NCBI GenBank assembly: GCA_002269645.1
Contig: NIVC01001391.1
Coordinates: 124,001-188,000 of the forward strand
DNA: 64,000 nt
Source of the DNA: Macrostomum lignano
Lineage: Eukaryota
Direction of reading: 5' to 3'
Positions within the stretch are counted from its first letter, which is position 1, and each line of letters opens with the position of its first letter. Shown piece after piece: positions 57,501 through 64,000 of the stretch. The notes beneath the pieces were generated by a model. That model had not been told where the DNA came from, made no database searches, and saw only the letters and a program-made list of their open reading frames with translations. Both the position numbers and the translations under genes were made by a program.

Positions 57501-59996
57501 GGTGAGACTGGTTTCAATGTAATGAATCTCAGGGGTGAGACTGTTTTCAATGTAGTGAATCCCAGGGGTGAGACTGGTTTCAATGTAGTGAATCCCAGGG
57601 GTGAGACTGGTTTCAATGTAATGAATCTCAGGGGTGAGACTGGTTTCAATGTAATGAATCTCAGGGGTGAGACTGGTTTCAATGTAATAAATCCCAGGGG
57701 TGAGACTGGTTTCAATGTAGTGAATCCCAGGGGTGAGACTGGTTTCAATGTAGTGAATCCCAGGGGTGAGACTGGTTTCAATGTAATGAATCCCAGGGGT
57801 GAGACTGGTTTCAATGTAGTGAATCCCAGGGGTGAGACTGGTTTCAATGTAATGAATCTCAGGGGTGAGACTGGTTTCAATGTAATGAATTTCAGGGGTG
57901 AGACTGGTTTCAATGTAGTGAATCCCAGGGGTGAGACTGGTTTCAATGTAGTGAATCCCAGGGGTGAAATTGGTTTCAATGTAATGAATCTCAGGGGTGA
58001 GACTGGTTTCAAGGAGATGAATCTCAGGGGTGAGACTGGTTTCAAGGGGATGAATCTCAGGGGTGAGACTGGTTTCAAGGGGATGAATCTCAGGGGTGAG
58101 ACTGGTTTCAAGGGGATGAATCTCAGGGGTGAGACTGGTTTCAAGGGGATGAATCTCAGGGGTGAGACTGGTTTCAAGGGGATGAATCTCAGGGGTGAGA
58201 CTGGTTTCAAGGGTGTGAATCCCAGGGGTGAGACTGGTTTCAAGGGTGTGAATCCCAGGGGTGAGATTGGCCTTCAAGGATAATCTGAACGATATACTGG
58301 TTAATATACTGAATATCCATAAAGCAATTTAGCGCAGCAAAACTGCAGTGGGCAAGTTTTTCGCAAAGCAGAAAGCAAGCAATGTATTGCGTGGCGCGGG
58401 ACAAGAGAGAATAAACGCTATTAAAGACAAAAATACGAACTGCGCATGGAAAACCGGGATACAGGGAAGGCACAGGGGGATTGGGTTGCCACACAGCGAA
58501 CTGTGATCTGCAATGGCCAGCGCCTGAAGCTCTGATTCTCATCACACTAAAATATAGATTTATTACCTGCAGATAAGCCATTTGCGCTGTGGAATATCCT
58601 CTACGGGTTTTTAGGGAAGTTCAGTGGACAGTCTGATGGTTCTGGGAAAGACAGAATAGTAGGGAGCGGATAGCAGATTTGTAAGGTGGTGGGTGGATAG
58701 TAGAAGATTACATATGTAGAGGAAGAGGGACGGTAGAGGATGGCTGGGGCGATAAAGGGTGATAGGGGCGGATGGTAGGGGCAGTAGGGGCGGATGGTAG
58801 GGGGAAGTATGGGCGGATGGTAGGGGGAAGTAGGGGATGGCAGGGGCAGATGCTAGGGGATGGCAGGGGCGGATGCTAGGGGATGGCAGGGGCGGATGGT
58901 AGGGGATGGCAGGGGCGGATGGTAGGGGATGGCAGGGGCAGATGCTAAGGGATGGCAGGGGCGGATGCTAGGGGATGGCAGGGGCGGATGCTAGGGGATG
59001 GCAGGGGCGGATGGTAGGGGATGGCAGGGGCAGATGCTAGGGGATGGCAGGGGCGGATTGTAGGGGGCGGCAGGGGCAGATGCTAGGGGATGGCAGGGGC
59101 GGATGGTAGGGGATGGCAGGGGCGGATGGTAGGGGATGGCAGGGGCGGATGGTAGGGGATGGCAGGGGCGGATGCTAGGGGATGGCAGGGGCGGATGGTA
59201 GGGGATGGCAGGGGCAGATGCTAGGGGATGGCAGGGGCGGATGGTAGGGGATGGCAGGGGCGGATGGTAGGGGATGGCAGGGGCGGATGGTAGGGGATGG
59301 CAGGGGCGGATGGTAGGGGATGGCAGGGGCGATTTGTAGGGGGCGGCAGGGGCGGATGGTAGGGGATGGCAGGGACAGATGCTAGGGGATGGCAGGGGCG
59401 GATGGTAGGGGATGGCAGGGCGGATTGTAGGGGATGGCAGGGGCGGATGGTAGGGGATGGAAGGGGCGGATGGTAGGGGATGGAGAGGCGGATGGTAGGG
59501 GGCGGCAGGGGCGGATTGTAGGGGGCGGCAGGGGCGGATGTGCATCCTAGTGGCAATAGACGCATGTGGCGCAAGTCCATCAGCGGCAGAGCAGCTCACC
59601 GAAATACCTGGACCAGCTGCACCTGGGCGCCTTGTCTCGCAGCTTGTCCCGGAAAAATATGGACCCGGCCAGGCGCCGCTTCAAGGCTTCGTAGTCGTCG
59701 CGCAGCCGGCCGCGGTCCTGCGTCTCCGGTTGGCCGGGCGCAGGCGCTGACTGCAGGATCTGCTGCACCGAGGTGAACCTGCTCAGGTCGGCCTGGTACT
59801 CCTCGGTCAGAAACTGGTCCTCAGACTCCCGGATGTAGCGCTCCAGGTTGAACAGGTCGTGCAGCCAGCCGGCGAAGAAGCCGCCAAGGCTGCACAGCAT
59901 CACGAAGCCGTGCAGACTGCGGCCGAGATAAAACTGGTGCGCGCCGAGCAGGCCGAGGGTGAACAGCAGAATGTAGGCAATTGTGCGGGACGCCAT
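51600..59996 (-). CDS. DNAJC22: DnaJ homolog subfamily C member 22 (wurst; TM2 domain plus J domain); exons 59996-59600, 56705-56583, 52998-52538, 51791-51600
   Basis: TM2 motif AYILLFTLGLLGAHQFYLGR; ALG|VYLVGNIG; EAVRNFFKSP.W; DPQG; J domain with HPD (ELHPDR..F..V..A). GT-AG junctions keep the frame. Confidence 0.93.
51940..52490. repeat. ~40-bp minisatellite GGGCGATTCTGTCACGGGGAGATTATCGATGGGGATTTCA (DNAJC22 intron 3)
   Basis: Direct inspection. Confidence 0.93.
53020..53340. repeat. 22-bp G-rich minisatellite GGTATGGTAGGGGCGGATAGTA
   Basis: Direct inspection; it abuts the acceptor of DNAJC22 exon 3. Confidence 0.9.
53990..56050. repeat. 22-bp minisatellite CGGATTCCCATCTGACACCACT (DNAJC22 intron 2)
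   Basis: Direct inspection. Confidence 0.97.
57025..58270. repeat. 33-bp minisatellite GTTTCAATGTAGTGAATCCCAGGGGTGAGACTG (DNAJC22 intron 1)
   Basis: Direct inspection. The unit length is a multiple of 3, which explains the long open frames. Confidence 0.97.
58760..59540. repeat. 23-bp G-rich minisatellite GGCAGGGGCGGATGGTAGGGGAT
   Basis: Direct inspection. Confidence 0.95.
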
Positions 59997-60089
59997 GGCT
60001 GATTGGCTTCTCTGCTTTGGGCAACTGCCTGCAGCAAGTTTGGTGGAAGTGGGCATCTTGATAATTGGGATTTGAGTAAATTATGATAA

Positions 60090-60330
60090 TTGCGACCTGA
60101 GTGCATCCCGGTAATTGGGATCTGAGTACATCCCGGTAATTGCGATCTGAGTGCATCCCGGTAATTGGGATCTGAGTACATCCCGGTAATTGGGATTTGA
60201 GTACGTCTTGGTAATTGGGATCTGAGTGCATCCCGGTAATTGGGATTTGAGTACGTCTTGGTAATTGGGATCTGAGTACATCCCGGTAATTGGGATCTGA
60301 GTACATCCCGGTAATTGGGATCTGAACACA
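60090..60330. repeat. 25-bp minisatellite CATCCCGGTAATTGGGATCTGAGTA
   Basis: Direct inspection. Confidence 0.93.
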
Positions 60331-60464
60331 ACCTGATTATCGGGATCCGAGTATATTTGGACAATTGGGATTTAACGAAGCAGCCATCCAGGATTGGAGC
60401 TAGTCAAGACACCCTGGTAATCAATGTACTCAGGGTACTTAAGAATAAGTCAAGAGCGGACATC

Positions 60465-61340
60465 CTGACAATAGGAGTCAAAGCCTGGAGCGGACATCCT
60501 GAAAATAGGAGTCAAAGCCTGGAGCGGACATCCTGACAAGAAGAGTCAAAGCCTGGAGCGGACATCCTGACAAGAAGAGTCAAAGCCTGGAGCGGACATC
60601 CTACAAGAAGAGTCAAAGCCTGAAGCGGACATCCTACAAGAAGAGTCAAAGCCTGAAGCGGACATCCTGACAAGAGGAGTCAAAGCCTGGAGCGGACATC
60701 CTGACAAGAAGAGTCAAAGCCTGGAGCGGACATCCTACAAGAAGAATCAAAGCCTGAAGCGGACATCCTACAAGAAGAGTCAAAGCCTGAAGCGGACATC
60801 CTGACAAGAAGAGTCAAAGCCTGGAGCGGACATCCTGACAAGAAGAGTCAAAGCCTGGAGCGGACATCCTGACAAGAAGAGTCAAAGCCTGGAGCGGACA
60901 TCCTACAAGAAGAGTCAAAGCCTGAAGCGGACATCCTACAAGAAGAGTCAAAGCCTGAAGCGGACATCCTGACAAGAGGAGTCAAAGCCTGGAGCGGACA
61001 TCCTGACAAGAAGAGTCAAAGCCTGGAGCGGACATCCTACAAGAAGAATCAAAGCCTGAAGCGGACATCCTACAAGAAGAGTCAAAGCCTGAAGCGGACA
61101 TCCTGACAAGAAGAGTCAAAGCCTGGAGCGGACATCCTGACAAGAAGAGTCAAAGCCTGGAGCGGACATCCTGACAAGAAGAGTCAAAGCCTGGAGCGGA
61201 CATCCTGACAAGAAGAGTCAAAGCCTGAAGCGGACATCCTGACAAGAAGAGTCAAAGCCTGGAGCGGACATCCTGACAAGAAGAGTCAAAGCCTGGAGCG
61301 GACATCCTGACAAGAAGAGTCAAAGCCTGGAGCGGACATC
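60465..61340. repeat. 34-bp minisatellite GAGTCAAAGCCTGGAGCGGACATCCTGACAAGAA
   Basis: Direct inspection. Confidence 0.97.
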
Positions 61341-62344
61341 CTGACAAGAAGAGTCAAAGCCACGAGCTGTTACTTAATTGGACTGAAGAACTCGAGTGAA
61401 CAAGCTAACAATCGGGATTTAAGGAACGAGACACTGGCAATGGGATTCCAGGCGAGGAGCCGTTCGCTGGGAACAGGGGCTCCAAGTAGCGAATATAGCT
61501 AAGCTTTAACTGCATTTGGAATTACAAAAAGAAAGCCAGCCGGCCTCTCAACTAGCAAGATCACAGAAGATGCAAACAATTAAAGCAGCAGCAAAAGCTA
61601 CACGCCCCACCCTGAAGAGCCCGCAGCTGCAAGTGCGAGCGCTAATAACAAGGCGAGCCCCGGGAATCCAAGCAGATGCAAACAGCAGATCTAACTACCT
61701 CCAACCCCCAGACCTGTCCGTCAGGCAAAATTACACAAGAAACAAGAAAAATCTGGCCAAAGTGCACCTGGCCGGGAGCAGACAAGCGGAGAAATAGTAG
61801 GGCATCCAGATTCGATTGATATCCCATTAGAAATCGCAAAATCCCAATGGCGCACAATGGGGAACAGCTCTAGTGCAGAAATACGAGCGGCATAGCAGGT
61901 AGAGAAAATCTGCATTCAGCCCCTACACAGGCCTGACAAAGGAAGTTGAACTGGCGAATGAAACGCCGACTGGATGCGGCCAGACCGCATTAGGCATTGC
62001 CGGAAAGAAGAAGCCAGTGTTTCCCATTTCAATATTTGGCCATCAGAGCTTTCATTTTTGGCAATAAAAACGCGGTGTCAGAGGCAGACCCCATCTAAAC
62101 TGCAGTAAAGCCACCCGACACTGAGGTGATTCGCACTGAATGAAGGAAAAATAAGATGAGAATGCCTTCTGTACAAGTGCACTTAAGAGTACTTCAATGC
62201 TCGCTGTAAGCCAAAACTGCTATCAAATTTAAGAGTTGAATCCACTACAAATTCCACTGGCTTCAAATAGAAGTTAGATTACTTTGACGACACCAAATGC
62301 AAAAAGCGGTTGAGTTAAATGCGATTAGTTACGGGTTTGATTTG

Positions 62345-63230
62345 CATTCTATTCCTGCACTCACGATAGGCTAGATTAGCAATCCATTCTAATCCTGCAC
62401 CCACGATAGGCTAGATTAGCAATCCATTCTAATCCTGCACCCACGATAGGCTAGATTAGCAATCCATTCTATTCCTGCACCCATGATGGGCTAGATTAGC
62501 AATCCATTCTATTCCTGCATCCATGATAGGCTAGATTAGCAATCCATTCTATTCCTGCATCCATGATAGGCTAGATTAGCAATCCATTCTATTCCTGCAC
62601 CCAAGATAGGCTAGATTAGCAATCCATGCTATTCCTGCATCTATGATAGGCTAGATTAGCAATCCATTCTATTCCTGCATCCATGATAGGCTAGATTAGC
62701 AATCCATTCTATTCCTGCATCCATGATAGGCTAGATTAGCAATCCATTCTATTCCTGCACCCATGATAGGCTAGATTAGCAATCCATTCTATTCCTGCAC
62801 CCATGATAGGCTAGATTAGCATCCATTCTATTCCTGCACCCATGATAGGCTAGATTAGCAATCCATTCTATTCCTGCACCCATGATAGGCTAGATTAGCA
62901 ATCCATTCTATTCCTGCACCCATGATAGGCTAGATTAGTAATCCATTCTATTCCTGCACCCATGATAGGCTAGATTAGCAATCCATTCTATTCCTGCATC
63001 CATGATAGGCTAGATTAGCAATCCATTCTATTCCTGCACCCATGATAGGCTAGATTAGTAATCCATTCTATTCCTGCACCCATGATAGGCTAGATTAGTA
63101 ATCCATTCTATTCCTGCACCCATGATAGGCTAGATTAGCAATCCATTCTATTCCTGCATCCATGATAGGCTAGATTAGCAATCCATTCTATTCCTGCCTC
63201 AATGATAGGCTAGATTAGCAATCCATTCTA
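62345..63230. repeat. 40-bp minisatellite GGCTAGATTAGCAATCCATTCTATTCCTGCACCCATGATA
   Basis: Direct inspection. Confidence 0.97.
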
Positions 63231-64000
63231 TGGCTGAATACATGCAGAATACAATAATCTTTTAATAAGCCGCGCCTAAACCAGATTCGAGAAGCTGCCA
63301 TGCTTCTGAAGCACTTCAGAAGAGGCCGGATGCACAGCGGGACACAACAAAAAGCCTTCCTTTATTTACCTAATTGGCCTCGGCCGCCCTCTCCAGACTC
63401 AAGACCGGTCTCCAATCACGCATAAAAAATAAAATTCCTCAAAAAGCGATCTTAAATTAAACTCTGCCGTCTCCTCCCCGCCCTCCGCCCGTCACCCGGC
63501 TGAAGCGGGATGAGCAATTACGATCGCGCAGATCCCCCGCCCAGCCATAGCAGAATTCATTTCATAACTGGCAGTTTATTATTTAAGAAAAACAGCCAGC
63601 AGGAAACGCGAAATTTTAGCGAGGATTTTTGGCTACTGGGGCCGGCCCGACACAGCAGGCTTATCGCTAATGCGCCACAGGGGAATTTAGAACTTAGTTA
63701 TAATATGAGAGCCTGCAACTCAGGCGGTCTTTTAATGCCATCGGAACAGGGATTAGCATGGCATGGCGTCAAGTTTTTATAGCGAAGCTTTAGCTTAATC
63801 TAGACAGAAATCTTAATGAGCAGCCGGGTCTACGCTTACTTGGAAAGGCGCTTCGCTTTGCTCTGCCTAATGAGAAGATTAATTCACAGTTGAACCACTG
63901 AGAGGAGTCGAACCCCCTGACGATAATTCTCTGCCTACTTTCAACTAGGCCTAGTTAAAAATATAAAATTTTGCTTTTGGCTGAAGGTCCGCCACGGTAT

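Noticed and set aside
43174-58283. Long ORFs of 150-490 aa (e.g. 43174-43824, 44695-45873, 49506-50477, 53899-54891, 56802-58277, 57027-58283)
   Set aside because: They are translations of stop-free minisatellites, open in several frames and on both strands, and mostly inside introns of MRPL38 or DNAJC22.
36840-63230. CRISPR-like regularity of 20-40-bp repeats
   Set aside because: Units are head-to-tail with no unique spacers, no cas genes are present, and the context is eukaryotic.

Overview
Eukaryotic nuclear DNA, very probably from an invertebrate animal. The GC-rich exons and minisatellite-stuffed introns resemble the flatworm Macrostomum, but that assignment is an inference I cannot verify. 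The left ~34 kb is a nested cluster of decayed Polinton/Maverick (adintovirus-like) elements. It holds one bounded 11.9-kb element (5015-16928; AGTAGT..ACTACT ends, long TIRs, 6-bp TSD TATGGG), a 1.9-kb mini-Polinton (28941-30829; TSD TTCGTT), and fragments of other families (pPolB, dUTPase, PLA2, packaging ATPase, major and minor capsid proteins, adenain-like protease, tandem-RING genes and an unknown paralog family). The right ~30 kb holds four co-oriented host genes (DNAJC22, MRPL38, EIF3J, TIMM13), MITEs and many minisatellites. Main result: the PLA2-integrase gene of the 11.9-kb Polinton is interrupted exactly within the PLA2 G^PGT motif by an 894-nt group I (IC1-type) intron (5924-6817). 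P1, P2.1, P3, P4, P6, P7, P8 and P9.0, the U.G splice pair and the omega-G can all be read from the sequence. Its P2.1 loop carries an intact ORF resembling a PD-(D/E)xK type II restriction endonuclease (Eco47II-like by eye), not a His-Cys/LAGLIDADG/GIY-YIG/HNH homing endonuclease. All protein assignments are by motif recognition and no searches were run. Some single-base frameshifts could be assembly errors.
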